The notes beneath the pieces are model-generated. The model searched no databases, was not told where the DNA came from, and was given only the letters and a program-made list of their open reading frames with translations. DNA of 50,392 nucleotides from Octopus sinensis. Lineage: Eukaryota. This document shows positions 25,932 to 38,505 of the stretch, piece by piece. Numbering within the stretch: position 1 is the first letter of the stretch; each line of letters opens with the position of its first letter. Both the position numbers and the translations under genes were made by a program. The stretch lies in contig NW_021834848.1 in the NCBI RefSeq assembly GCF_006345805.1, positions 1 through 50,392 on the forward strand, in the 5' to 3' direction.

Positions 25932-27470
25932 CTAGAAAAACAAGGAAGAGAAGAAAACATTACTTGAATGCAATTTAGAAGGAAAACGGTAGAAAAATAA
26001 TAGTGAAAAATAACCAGACAAGGAGCCAAGCTCTGCATGAGCGAATGAGTGAGTGACGGGTAATCAATTGACTCTGAAATGTGAGATCTGTTCACATTTA
26101 TTTAAGAATTTGATGCTCTGATAGTACAGGAGTGAAATGAACTTATATAGCATGCCATTTACAATCCTTTCAGGAACCTGAAAGATTGTATGATAGTATA
26201 CAGCAGAGCTATACAAACTTCCCCAACTCTTTTGCTGCCAAAGCATCAGCCTTGTAGTAACTCACATTTAAATTCTGCGTTTATTAAATGATATCTCTCT
26301 TAGGTAGAGCATGTCTTGGAGTACTTTTTCTGTTGATGCCAATAAGAGAATAGTTGGCTATATATATATATATATATATATATACATGTTTCTATCTGTC
26401 TGTCTGTCTATCTATCTATATACATACATACATATGCATATACATATATATCTATATGAGTATAGTAATAGTAAAACCATTGGTCACTCTATGGCCAGAT
26501 GTGAACATTATCATTTATATATATGATGGAATCTCCTGTTGAAGATGACGTATGAGTGTTCAGTTTTTACTGAACAACCTGCACAAATGATTTATTTGTA
26601 GTGATCAAATATTTAAGCTGTACATTAGGTCAATTCCTTCATCACATTGACATTACCTGTACAGGTGCATAAATGTGCTGCATGTCAGGTGTCAAAATGA
26701 TCACTGTGCATGTATTATATATAGAACTTTGTATGATCCAAAGATCCTAGTGTACGAAGTCAGTAAGCTTGAGGCATATATATGGCTAATATAGATGGCA
26801 AAAAGTGGATGATATACACATTTCCTCTCATTTTGAAATCAATGGACACCTCCTCTTGCTTTCATTTCATCACTCATCCTTACTATTGGCAACCACTCTT
26901 CTATCAACTTGCACCCCACCAAATATCCCAGTCGTTTCCTACCATACTTTCCCCTCGTTCTCACGCCCTTCCCAATCACACATCTATTTTGGATCTTCTG
27001 ATATCTTTTCCTCTCCTCTCTCTCTCTCTCTCTTCTGTTCCCTTCCTTTATCACCTTAGTAAATATACATGACCTTGGTTATTGAACACTCTCTACTCTT
27101 ATTCCTGTATGCCTGACCTCCTCTCAACCGGCCAATTCTAGCATTTCTGCTCTCATTGCTCCCTTACCTGTTTGCTCTCCTCAATCAACAAGCATTACGT
27201 TACTGAGTACTCTCTGCATTTACTGTGTACAACATACCCTGTCCCCTCTGCTGGTTCTATAAAAAGACCTCCACCCTGCTCTTCTTCAGCTGATGAATAG
27301 TGAGCAATATTCCCTTACTAATGTTGGTGTCACAAAAATGCACCCACTACACTCTGTAAACAGAAATATATTGATGACGATATATATAATTATATTTATA
27401 CGTATGTATGTACGTGTATATATGTATACGTGTACACAAACATACACACGTATGTATGTATGCTTATATA

Positions 27471-27505
<35 letters not shown>

Positions 27506-27919
27506 GATATATATATATATATATATAGTTGTAAGTACATACATGTATGTACATACACACACACACGCACACAACCGTCACTAGATTTGTATTTCTTGAG
27601 ATAACATATGGGACAACCAATCAATCTAAGTACTTGAATAGACTGAAAAAGAAAGTGATTTAATATCTACCTGTTTACTTGTTTAATCAATAAATGGTCT
27701 TGCACAAATATTGACAAAAATACATTCGCAAATATTAATCTATGGCTTAGGAAAACTGGGAAAGTTAAACAGAATTGTATGTCTACTACGACTTGCCTAG
27801 TGTTTATTTTTCGAAAGATTGAACTCTACCTGGCGGTATTTGAAAGGAAGACACAAAGAAAGGTATAGAAATCCAAAATGCAAATCTTAATCGTTAGCTA
27901 ATTAAAGGGAAATAACTCT

Positions 27920-28195
27920 AAAATCAATTGCAGCGTGGAAGGTGTTTATAATCCATTTAAAAATACAAAAACCGTTAGATTCATTTCAATATTTAAATTC
28001 AATTTGCCAAAATATTTTCGTCGCTTTGAAACTGCGACCAGTTCACTGACAAAATTCTGCGCGGCATCACCGAATTTTGTTAGTGAAGAGGTCGCGGTCT
28101 CAAAGCGACGAAAATATTTAAATGTTGAAATTAATTTAACGGTTTTTGTGTGTTTTTAAATCGCTTATTAACACCTTCCACGCTGCAATTGTTTT
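27920..28195. repeat. Fold-back element with about 130 bp arms
   Basis: caattgcagcgtggaaggtgtt...aacaccttccacgctgcaattg with a loop of about 15 nt. Confidence 0.85.
28003..28056 (-). ncRNA. Hammerhead-like scaffold with non-canonical core (GUGAACU)
   Basis: UUUGUCA-GUGAACU-G-GUCGC(aguuucaaa)GCGAC-GAA-AAUAUU-U-UGGCAAA. Stem I 7 bp, stem II 5 bp, palindromic stem III. The other arm of the element reads GUGAAGA. Confidence 0.35.
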
Positions 28196-28633
28196 TGTTT
28201 TAGCACACAATCTCAGATCAGGTTACTTGCTATGCAAGTACAACTCCGTAACTATAAAATCGTTTAAGGGAAATAATTGATCAGACTTGAAGTAGCTATA
28301 ATTAAAACTGTACGCAATTTATGAGCATTCAGTTCTTAAGCATCATGTGGATCAAGGTGGTCCCATTAGATACAGTAGCAAACTCTTAATATCTTTCCAG
28401 GAGGTACTGTAGACTAGAATTGTCTTCTCACGTTTTCCTTCTTGATCGTTTTCATAATGATGCTCGCACGGGTCGCAGACGTTGCAAAGGAACTCCGTCT
28501 CTACTTCCAATTCCCCACTGACAGCAGCTTGTTTAACAGTTTTATATTAGGACACTGGAAGACCTCATCTGCGAACAAGTCTATGTTGTCGGTGATGCGT
28601 TCTTCTGTGTGTGTGTGTATGAGAGAGAGATAG

Positions 28634-28797
<164 letters not shown>

Positions 28798-29126
28798 ATT
28801 TGTGCGACATGGTTGCAGGTGTGGCTGCGAGGTAAGAAGTTTCTTTACAAAGTTCAGCTCTGCTCAGTGGCTCTTTGGATAAGTGTCTTCTACTATGGCA
28901 CCTGGTCGCTAAAGCTTTGTGATTAGATTTGGCAGATGAAACCCGACGAAAAAGAAAAAAAAAAGGAAAGGGCTCGTCGTGTGTGTTCGCACACAGACAC
29001 ATTTGGCAAGAGAACTTCTTACAAAACCGTTACGCCTGCAATCATTCTACATACACACATGTATGTATGTATGTATGTATGTATGTATGTATGTATGTAT
29101 GTATGTATGCATGCATGCATGCATGC

Positions 29127-29154
<28 letters not shown>

Positions 29155-29157
<3 letters not shown>

Positions 29158-29500
29158 GCTGGACTCATGAGTCATCTTCGTAGTCATAAAACGAGACAGA
29201 TGAGTGACAACCTGGTCACTGGTGGTGGTGTAACACACCATACTAATCATATCTGTCGGGCATGTGGAAGAGAGTGTAATTCGGCAGGAGGACTTAAACG
29301 ACATGCAAAGGTACATGAAGCCCAGTTAAAACTACAGCCGGCTATTACCAGTAAAGGTTTTAGCTGCCAATTTTGTACAAGACATTGTAGATCTTTAGCT
29401 GGGCTAAAAAGTCACATTCGATCACAGCACCAGTAACAGTTAAGCTTCGTGCAATGGCCATACTCGATAACGAGGGGGCAGCCATAATAATAATAATTAT
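29155..29500 (+). mobile_element. 3' end of a LINE-like element encoding C2H2 zinc fingers
   Basis: KAGLMSHLRSH...CRACGRECNSAGGLKRHAKVH...CQFCTRHCRSLAGLKSHIRSQH*, then a short UTR and (TAA)n tail. The 5' end abuts an (ATGT)n microsatellite. Confidence 0.6.
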
Positions 29501-29505
29501 GTATA

Positions 29506-29563
<58 letters not shown>

Positions 29564-29915
29564 TGTATGGTATGTATGTATGTATGTTATATGTACGTAT
29601 ATATGTATGTACATATGTATGCATGCATGTATGTATCTTTGTAACCACCCCCACCACCACCACCCGACAACTAGTGCCGGTCTGTTTATATACCCGTAAC
29701 TTAGCCCTTCAGCCTAAATAACTGATAAAAAAAGTACCAGGCTTAAAAAGAGTAAGTAATTGTGTCAATTCATACGATTGAAACCTTTTAAGGCGTTGCC
29801 CCAGCAACCAGTGGCAGCATCTGTTTTTTTCTGAATCAGCAAATTCTGAGAAGTAGGCTGAAATAAATGTCAGGGGAATTCCCGAGCGTGGTGACAGCTG
29901 GTTAGAATAAAAGAA

Positions 29916-29949
<34 letters not shown>

Positions 29950-30589
29950 TCTATCTATCGATATTTTTGTCGAACCGCTGTTACAGAGTCGTAAACATAC
30001 CAACACCGGTTGTCAAGTGGTGGTGGGTGGACAAGCACAGACACACACACACATAGACATCTCTCTCTCTCGCGCTCTCCATATATATATATATAGAAAA
30101 CACTTGCTGTGGGACTGAACACAAGGCCATGCGGTTGAGAGGCAGGCTTCTTAGCACACAAGCACGCCTGTACCTATGGAAGTAGAATTATCATTATTGG
30201 TTCAGAAGTATATTATAATATTTATATTTTGAATCACCAACACATTTCGATCGTCACTGTGTTATTAGGTCTGTGCTGGATCAGAATTCTCAGACAATCG
30301 CTATTTCTCTCCATAAGCTTCTCCCAATCCATCGGATTATGCACGCGCACAATTTGAAGAAAGGGAGGAAAAAAGTAAAAAAACTGAAAGATTAAGAAAT
30401 TAAAGGGAGATAATTATCTCCCCAAAATAGTCGCAAGCGGAGCTGGACAAGGGAGATAATTCCCACTCATAATCTGGTGGCTATACCTTTCGTACTTAAA
30501 CCTCAATCACATAGAAATGGTTGTGCGTTTGTGTTTGTGTGTGTGTATAATTTTCATCCAACGTTGTCGACGATAACCAGAACATATAT

Positions 30590-30960
30590 TATAGGAAAAG
30601 ATAGGTCATGGTACGCCAGGTTGTGGTCGATCCGGCTGATGCGTGCGCGGAAGTTTGTGCCGTAGAGCTGGCCCTGGCGATCTGCTCGGAATGAAAACAA
30701 GGTTCTGGACTTGTGCTGCTCACGTTTTCTTTGTACTCTTTATATTTTGTTCGTAGGAGGCGGCATCTATATTGGTGCAGCTATGCCAGTTAGGGTGGTC
30801 TTGAGCTTGCCTTTCCCAGGTGTCGGAGTTCCTCTGAAAGCACTTCCGTAAGGTTTGAGTGTATCTTTGAAATGCTTTTCCTGCCCACCATGTGTACGCT
30901 TGTTTTCTGCGTATTCACTTAAAACACTTACTGTGTGTCAGGCATTCTAAAAAAGGTGGC
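30590..30960 (-). mobile_element. RTE (BovB-like) ORF C-terminal fragment
   Basis: ENKRTHGGQEKHFKDTLK...DTWERQAQDHPNW...ASYEQ...NFRARI, matching the RTE C-terminal pattern. Confidence 0.7.
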
Positions 30961-31039
30961 CTGCCCACCCACCTGACCTGCGTTCTCCCCTAGCAATGCG
31001 TAAATGCTTGTCAGATCAGCTTTATGTATGCGTGGGGTT

Positions 31040-31425
31040 GCTGTGTGGTGAGCAGCTTGCTTACTAACCACATGGTTCCGGGTTCATTCCCACTGTGTGG
31101 CACCTTGGGCATGTGTCTTCTACTGTAGACTCGGGCCGACCTAAGCCTTGTGAGTGGATTTGGTAGACAGAAACTGGAAGAAGCCTGTCGTATATATGTA
31201 TATATATATATGTGTGTGTCTGCGTATATGTTTGTGTGTCTGTGACACGCAAAATCGCTTGACACCCGATGGTGGTGTGTTTACGTCCCCGTAACTTAGC
31301 GGTTAGGGAAAAGAGACCGATAGAATAAGTACTAGGCTTACAAAGAATAAGTCCTGGGGTCAATTTGCTCGACTAAAGGTGGTGCTCCAGCATGGCCGCA
31401 GTCAAATGACTGAAACAAGTCAAAG
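31040..31425 (+). mobile_element. Abundant SINE with an internal microsatellite; fragments also near 29680-29810, 35670-35805, 36290-36475 and 47010-47165
   Basis: Shared motifs ggcaccttgggca..tgtcttctact, gccttgtgagtggatttggtaga, tttacgtccccgtaacttagcgg and agcatggccgcagtcaaatgactgaaacaagt. Confidence 0.7.
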
Positions 31426-31471
31426 AGAGTATATATAATATATATATATATATATAACACACATATATATC

Positions 31472-31504
<33 letters not shown>

Positions 31505-31508
31505 ATAT

Positions 31509-31541
<33 letters not shown>

Positions 31542-31705
31542 CATATACATACATATATATACATATATATATATTATATATACATATAAATACATAATAT
31601 ATTATATACATATATATATACATATACATACATACATATATAACATATATATATACATATACATACATACATATATAACATATACATACATACATATATA
31701 TACAT

Positions 31706-31750
<45 letters not shown>

Positions 31751-31757
31751 ATATATC

Positions 31758-31801
<44 letters not shown>

Positions 31802-31803
31802 TA

Positions 31804-31846
<43 letters not shown>

Positions 31847-32451
31847 AATACTATATATATACATATATATTTATTTATTATATATTATATATACAAAACG
31901 CACGCATCCCTTTTTAAGTAAGATTGTTCTTTATATCAAGTTTTGTTCTTGATATTAACTTTGATGCGCACTCTTAACTTTCTGTCCCATCCCTTTCTCA
32001 GCCTTCATTCCTTGATTCCTTTTCCTCTACTTAACTTGTCTCTTCCTCTCTCTCATTCTTCACTCTCTCTCTCCCCCTCTCCATTCTCATGGTTTTCCTC
32101 GCAGCCATTCCCCTTCTTCTCTCCCTTTCTCTTGCTCTCTCCCCCTCCCGTCGTTGACCCGCGATGAGACTTCCGCTGCTGCTTTTCTGGCCTGGCCCTC
32201 TCAAGGTATGGACGACAATTCTTTTTGCTCCGCTCGTCGTTCATAAAAAAAAATTCACGTTCGCTATACTTTTTTTCGTTCGGCGTTAACAGCCCATCTT
32301 ATCTTGTTTTTCCTTGTCCTGTCTTCTACTGTTTACAATTTGTACTGTCGTTACTGTCCTGTTTTTATTACCATTTTTTACCCCTCTGCGGAAAGATCTC
32401 AGAATTTTAATTGATTTGCTTTTCGCAGGAAGGAAAGTTTCTTGTCGAAGA

Positions 32452-32513
32452 TACGTCTCGCTTTTATCCTTCGAAACGTAGAGTAGATGAAACCATAGCG
32501 ACTGAAGAAGGGG
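32452..32513 (+). ncRNA. Non-circularly permuted (pseudoknotted) hammerhead candidate, copy 1
   Basis: UACGU-C-UCGCU-uuuauCCUUC-GAA-ACGUA-[16 nt]-AGCGA-CUGAAGA-A-GGGG. Stem III 5 bp, stem I 5 bp, stem II about 4 bp with G-U pairs, GUC triplet at 32455-32457. Confidence 0.65.
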
Positions 32514-32902
32514 TTTTTTCTTTGTGTTAATTGTCCTGTACTCTTTTTTTTTGCTGTTTTTAAATATATGTCCAGTTCTTTTGGTTTGTGTCTATATTTT
32601 CGTTTCTCATTGTGTTCGACGTCCTTTTGGTGTCCTGTACTCATATATGCGTGTATATGTACATGTAGAGGTAGGTACGTACATATATGTTTATATATAT
32701 GCATATGTTCTATTTTATTATTTATTTAATATTATATTATATATATGTATATATATATATGTATATATACATTATATACATATATATATATACATATATA
32801 TATATATACATATATATATACATATATATATACATATATATATATACATATATATTATATACATATATATATATACATATATATATATACATATATATAT
32901 AT

Positions 32903-32933
<31 letters not shown>

Positions 32934-33151
32934 AATATATATTAATAAATAAAATAGAACATATGCATATATATAAACATTATGTACGTACCTACCTCTA
33001 CATGTACATATACACGCATATATGAGTACAGACACCAAAGGGACGTCGAACACCATGAGAAACGAAAACATAGACACAAACAAAAGAACTGGACATATAT
33101 TAAAAACAGCAAAAAAAATAGAATACAGGACCAATTAACACAAAGAAAAAA

Positions 33152-33214
33152 CCCCTTCTTCAGTCGCTAAAGCTTTTATCTACTCTACGTTTCAAAGGAT
33201 AAAAGCGAGACGTA
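33152..33214 (-). ncRNA. Non-circularly permuted hammerhead candidate, copy 2 (inverted partner, sense to cpo pre-mRNA)
   Basis: UACGU-C-UCGCU-uuuauCCUUU-GAA-ACGUA-[17 nt]-AGCGA-CUGAAGA-AGGGG. Predicted cut after 33209. Confidence 0.65.
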
Positions 33215-33979
33215 TCTTCGACAAGAAACTTTCCTTCCTGCGAAAAGCAAATCAATTAAAATTCTGAGATCTTTTCGCAGAGGGGTAAAAAATGGTAACA
33301 ACAGGACAGTAACGACAGTACAAATTGTAAACAGTAGAAGACAGGACAAGGAAAAAGAAGATAAGAAGGGCTGTTGACGCTGAACGAAAAAAAGTATTAC
33401 AAATGCAGAATTTTTTATGGACGACGAGTGGAGGAAAAAGAGTGACGTCCATTACTTTGAAAGAGCCAGTGCTCCATGTCTGGTCATGGTGAAATATTGC
33501 CTTTCTCGGAAACAAGTGAGATTTAGGCACTGGAAGCTTAGCCTGCTGTAGAAAATTTACCTCCATGAAACTCCATTTGGCCCATGTGAGCATGGAAAGG
33601 GGAACATTAACATGCATAAAAACAATGATCACACACACACGTGCGTGCACACATGCAATATATAAAAGGATTCATTTAAATAACTATTGCACATGTGGCT
33701 CCATAACCGACCTGTTATACTTTATATAATAAATATCCATCACTTCATTGGCAAATGAAATCTTAAATAAATGTTCTAAAGGAAGAAAACTATAGCGTTT
33801 GTTATCATAGGCTGACACACGCAAAAAAAAAAGAAAAAACTCCAAAATGAACAAAACTTATTCAATGAAAAAGTAGAATAAAAAAATAGAGCCCATGATA
33901 AACATGGACAATGATTATAATGTCAAGAAAAAAAAGGAAAGAGATATGAAGAATGTATAATATATTAATACACACACAC

Positions 33980-34024
<45 letters not shown>

Positions 34025-34519
34025 GTGCATATACAGATACAGTCAAACATACACATATATATACATAACCCCCCCCCCCATATATATATATATATATATA
34101 TATACATACACACACATATATATGTGTATACATATATATATATATACATACAATATACATAGACACATACATGCATTTATGATAAATTTCCATAAAAGTT
34201 ACAATATGTGTTTGCTTGTGTGTCGATTTACATACATATATACATACATACACACACACATACATACATACATACATAATTTGTATGTGTGTGTGTGTGT
34301 GTGTGTGTCTGTGTGTGTATGTGTGGATACATGCACGTGTATATGTTTCTACATACAATAGTGATTAATTGGCATTTGTCTGAAAATCCATCCATCAAAA
34401 ACAAAACATACAATAGTAGCAGAGAAAGATGTAAACTGGAAAATTAACACAGAAATAACAACAACAGAAATATATGGAAGAGATGAAATAAACTGACAAG
34501 ATGAGTTACTAATTCCTAC

Positions 34520-34589
34520 CTGGAATTCAACAAAAGCTACAGGAGAACCTCCTTTGTTATGCATCCGTAATCGACAGAACCCAGGGAAG
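34520..34589 (-). CDS. cpo: Couch potato/MEC-8/RBPMS-family RNA-binding protein, internal exon encoding the middle of RRM2 (phase 2 in, phase 0 out)
   Basis: Acceptor atcaatttcAG at 34591-34590 and donor GTaggaatt at 34519-34518. 70 nt = 1 nt + FPGFCRLRMHNKGGSPVAFVEFQ, which includes the RNP1-like VAFVEF. Joins in frame to the next exon. Confidence 0.9.
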
Positions 34590-35479
34590 CTGAAATTGAT
34601 ATACAAGACTTTAAAAAACGGGAGGCAAAAGATGGAGAAAACATATTTGTTAATATCACATGCATTAAAAAGAAGAAAATAATAATAATAATAATAATGA
34701 TGATAATAATAATAACTGGTACAGCAAGTATAACATTTATAAATATTGAGATATCTATAAATGGTGTAGTTTGCTCATAAAAAAAGTTTATTAATAGACA
34801 ATGGTACATTATTCTGGTGGTGTACATGTGTACACACACACACACACATGTATATATACATACATTTACATATATACATACATCTACATGTATATATACA
34901 AGTATAAACATATACACATATATCACAAGTGCGCATGCACACGCACAAACACAAAATACATACATACATACATGCATACAGCCATCGGGATTAGAAGATA
35001 AGAGTGAAGGGTGACCGTGCACAGGATGGAGGAGGCAGCTGAAAGAGTGTTTTGCTGGTTATGGAGCATGAGCGAGGAGGTAAGCTGGAAACCAGGAGGA
35101 TATGAGGAGCAGGGATTTGGCCAATCTCAGGGTGTAACGGCTCAGAGTTGAAACTCCTGATGATCATTGGATACTGTCAACGTAATTAAATACAACCACT
35201 AACAGCATGCTCCAGTTAATCTGAATGAATGAAACATTACTTATGTAATGAGTTCCATTCTTACACGATCTGATAAAGATGCCTCTGCACCATGGCATGC
35301 ACCCAAATTAATTGTATAATGTTCCACCCATGAGAGAGTGATGCAGAATGTGTCAAAATGGTCATTGTGATCAATAAAGTTTCCCGTATATTCCATTTTC
35401 CATTTCTAACCTTTCTATAATATGTATGTGTGTGTGTGTGTGTGGTGTGCGAATATATACATATATAACATCATCATCA

Positions 35480-35670
35480 TCATCGTTTAACGTCCGCTTT
35501 CCATGCTAGCATGGGTCGGATGATTTTGACCGAGGACTGGCGAACTAGATGGCTGCACCAGGCTCCAATCTGATCTGGCAGAGTTTCTACAGCTGGATGC
35601 CCTTCCTAACGCCAACCACCCCGAGAGTGTAGTGCGTGCTTTTACATGCCACCGGCACGAGGGCCAGTGG
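35480..35670 (-). mobile_element. Isolated RTE 3' tail fragment; diverged copies near 16008-16200, 43295-43490 and 49840-49890
   Basis: tttaacgtccgctttccatgctagcatggg...ttctacagctggatgcccttcctaacgccaacc, the reverse complement of 24498-24670. Confidence 0.75.
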
Positions 35671-35959
35671 TAAGTAGCTTGCTTTCCAACCACATGGTTG
35701 CAGATTCAGTTCCACTGCATGGCAGCTTGGACAAGTATCTTCAACTCAGCCCAAAGCCTTGTGAGTGAATTTGGTAGATGGAAACTGAAAGAAGCCTGTC
35801 GTATATAATATATATATATATTTATATTTATATGTAAAAAAATAAAAAATGGGATAAGAACACAAAACATCCAGACAGTTAGGTGATTCAAAAAAAGGGG
35901 ATAACAAAACATCCAAACAGACGATACAAAGAAAACAAGGACGGGTCATTCGGAGTTTT

Positions 35960-36019
35960 CTTTCCTCAGTCGAGTTCCAGATTATCGTTGCAATTTCGGT
36001 TGGTTATACTCAAGATTGC
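35960..36019 (-). ncRNA. Non-circularly permuted hammerhead candidate from a second sequence family
   Basis: GCAAU-C-UUGAGU-auaaccaacc-GAA-AUUGC-[14 nt]-ACUCGA-CUGAGGA-AAG. Stems III (5 bp) and I (6 bp) covary with copies 1 and 2. Stem II is not formable. Confidence 0.5.
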
Positions 36020-36495
36020 TCCAATCTGTCCAGCCCCAATGAAAAACGAAGCTAAGAGCACTAGATACCTTGGAAGAAAGCAGCGAATGCATATGAAAAC
36101 AAGAACGGAAACAAATGGATAAATGGTACAAAATACAATAACAGGACATATCCAATGGGTAGCTTTCGACTGAGAATGAATGAGATGAAGCTGGTGTGTG
36201 TGGAAGTGAAGACGCCTTACAGCAGGGACTTCAGATTTGACAGGCACAAAGAGGTGTCTTGGTGTATGTACTTGTCCCATCACTATCATTTGATAACCGA
36301 TGTGGGTATGTTTACGTCCCCATTACTTAATGCTTCAGCACAAGCAACCAATAGAATAAGTACTAGGCTTACAAGGAAAGTCCTGGGGTCAATTTCTTCA
36401 GCTACAAAACCCTTTAAGGCACTGCCCCAGCATGGCTACAGTCAAATGACTGAAACAAGTAAAAGAATAAAAGATATATATATGAAAAATATTTA

Positions 36496-36572
<77 letters not shown>

Positions 36573-36585
36573 TATATGTATATAG

Positions 36586-36647
<62 letters not shown>

Positions 36648-37204
36648 GTACATATTATATACATATTTATATGTACATACATACAGTATATATATATATA
36701 TATTCTTATATACATACATATGTATATATACATATATATATGTATATATACATACACATATATATACATATACATACACATATATATACATATATATATA
36801 TATTTATACATATATATACATATATACATACACATATATATACATGCATATATATATACATGCATATATATATATATATATATTTATACATATATATATA
36901 TATACATGCATATATATATAATATATATATATACATATATATATATATACATACATATATATAATACATACATATATATATATATACATAGTACGTTTAA
37001 ATATTTGTTGTGCAAGATTTTTTATGTGAAGTCGGTGTTGAAACAGATATTGTATATTTCGGAATATTTATTGGCTAAACTGGCAAAATGACCATTCCGA
37101 AATATAAAAATATATATACATACATATATATATATACATATATATATATAAATACATTATATATACATATATATATATACATACATATAATACATACATA
37201 TATT

Positions 37205-37247
<43 letters not shown>

Positions 37248-37303
37248 TATATATATATATATATATACACATGCATACAGATATATAAACATGCGTACAT
37301 ATA

Positions 37304-38505
37304 TACGGCAGTGAAATATGGGCCATGACCGCTGAGGACATGCGTAAGCTCGCGAGGAATGAAGCCAGTATGCTCGATGGAAGTGGGTAATGTCAGTGTG
37401 CATACTCGACAGAGTGTTAGTACCTTGAGAGAAATTGTGGATCTAAGAAGCATCAGCTGTGGTGTGCAAGAGAGACGATTGCCTGATTGGTATGTCATGT
37501 GGCGAGAATGGATGAAGATAGGTGTGTGAAAAAGTGCCATCCCTAGCAGTTGAGGGAACCCGTGGAAGAGGTAGACTCAGGAAACCTGGGACGAGGTGGT
37601 GAAGTATGATCTTTGAACTTTAGGCCTCACTGAGGCAATGATCAGCGACTGAGACCTTTGGAAATATGTTGTGCTTGAGAAGACCCAGCAGGACAAGTAA
37701 GTCCAGCCCACTTCAGCATGTCTTTGCTCCCTTGCACACACAAAGACCTGTTGAAGCAAGCAAAGTCTAAATCAAACCTCATCCGATGGCAGGCACCCAT
37801 GCCAACCTCACTTCATTGGACACAAAACTCTGCTTATGAAGACCTGTTGAGGCAAGTGAAATTGAAATTGGAATCGAAATTGAACCAATCCTATGATTGG
37901 CACCCGGCAGTTACCAGGACCGCTGGACTGACTCCTGTGCAGGTGGCAAGTGAAGAAACACCATTTCGACCCTGTACTTGAGGAGATCCATTGAGTCAAG
38001 TACACCGACATCAAAATCAATGGAAACTGCAGTTGTGATCCCTGTGCTGGTGGCACGTAAAGAGCACTATCCGAATCGTGGCCGATGCCAGCGTCGCCTT
38101 GACTGGCTTCCGAGCTGGTGGCACATAAAAAGCACCATCTGAACGTGGCCAATGCCAGCGCCATCTAGACTGGCTTCTGTGCCGATGGCATGTAAAAAGA
38201 GCTATCAGAATCATGGCCGATGCCAGTGCCGCCTTGACTGGCTTCCGTGCTGGTGGCACGTAAAAAGCACCAATCTGATCATGGTCGTTGCCAGTCTCAC
38301 CTGGCACCAGTGCAGGTGGCACGTAAAAACCACCCACTACACTCATGGAGTGGTTGGCGTTAGGAAGGGCATCCAGCTGTAGAAACACTGCCAGATCAGA
38401 CCGGAGCCTGGTGCAGCCTTCTGGCTTCCCAGATCCCCAGTCAAACTGTCCAACCCATGCTAGCATGGAGAACGGACGTTAAATGATGATGATGATGATG
38501 ATGAT
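37304..38505 (+). mobile_element. 5'-truncated RTE LINE of the same family
   Basis: YGSE-WAMTAEDMRKLARNEASML region, 3' UTR with about 4-5 tandem ~60 bp units (ggtggcacgtaaaaagcacc...), (GAT)n tail. Confidence 0.88.

Larger units (their letters stand above)
32195..33468. repeat. Large fold-back element: about 540 bp near-identical inverted arms around a TA/CATA spacer
   Basis: 32195-32735 is the reverse complement of 32940-33468 with scattered differences. Each arm holds a permuted hammerhead. Confidence 0.9.

Noticed and set aside
27283-27310. CTGATGAA in a probable Penelope remnant, and a similar one near 15082
   Set aside because: No GAAA or stems remain, so it is too decayed to call.
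34980-35173. Candidate extra cpo exon with AG/GT boundaries just upstream of the 70 nt exon
   Set aside because: All frames from the distal acceptor hit stops, and the shorter version cannot supply the required phase 2. It does not encode the expected STLFVANLG motif and looks like a retroelement remnant.
38040-38330. Regularly spaced ~60 bp repeats resembling an array
   Set aside because: This is an internal tandem repeat of the RTE 3' UTR with no unique spacers, also seen at 24290-24500. It is not CRISPR, and the DNA is eukaryotic.
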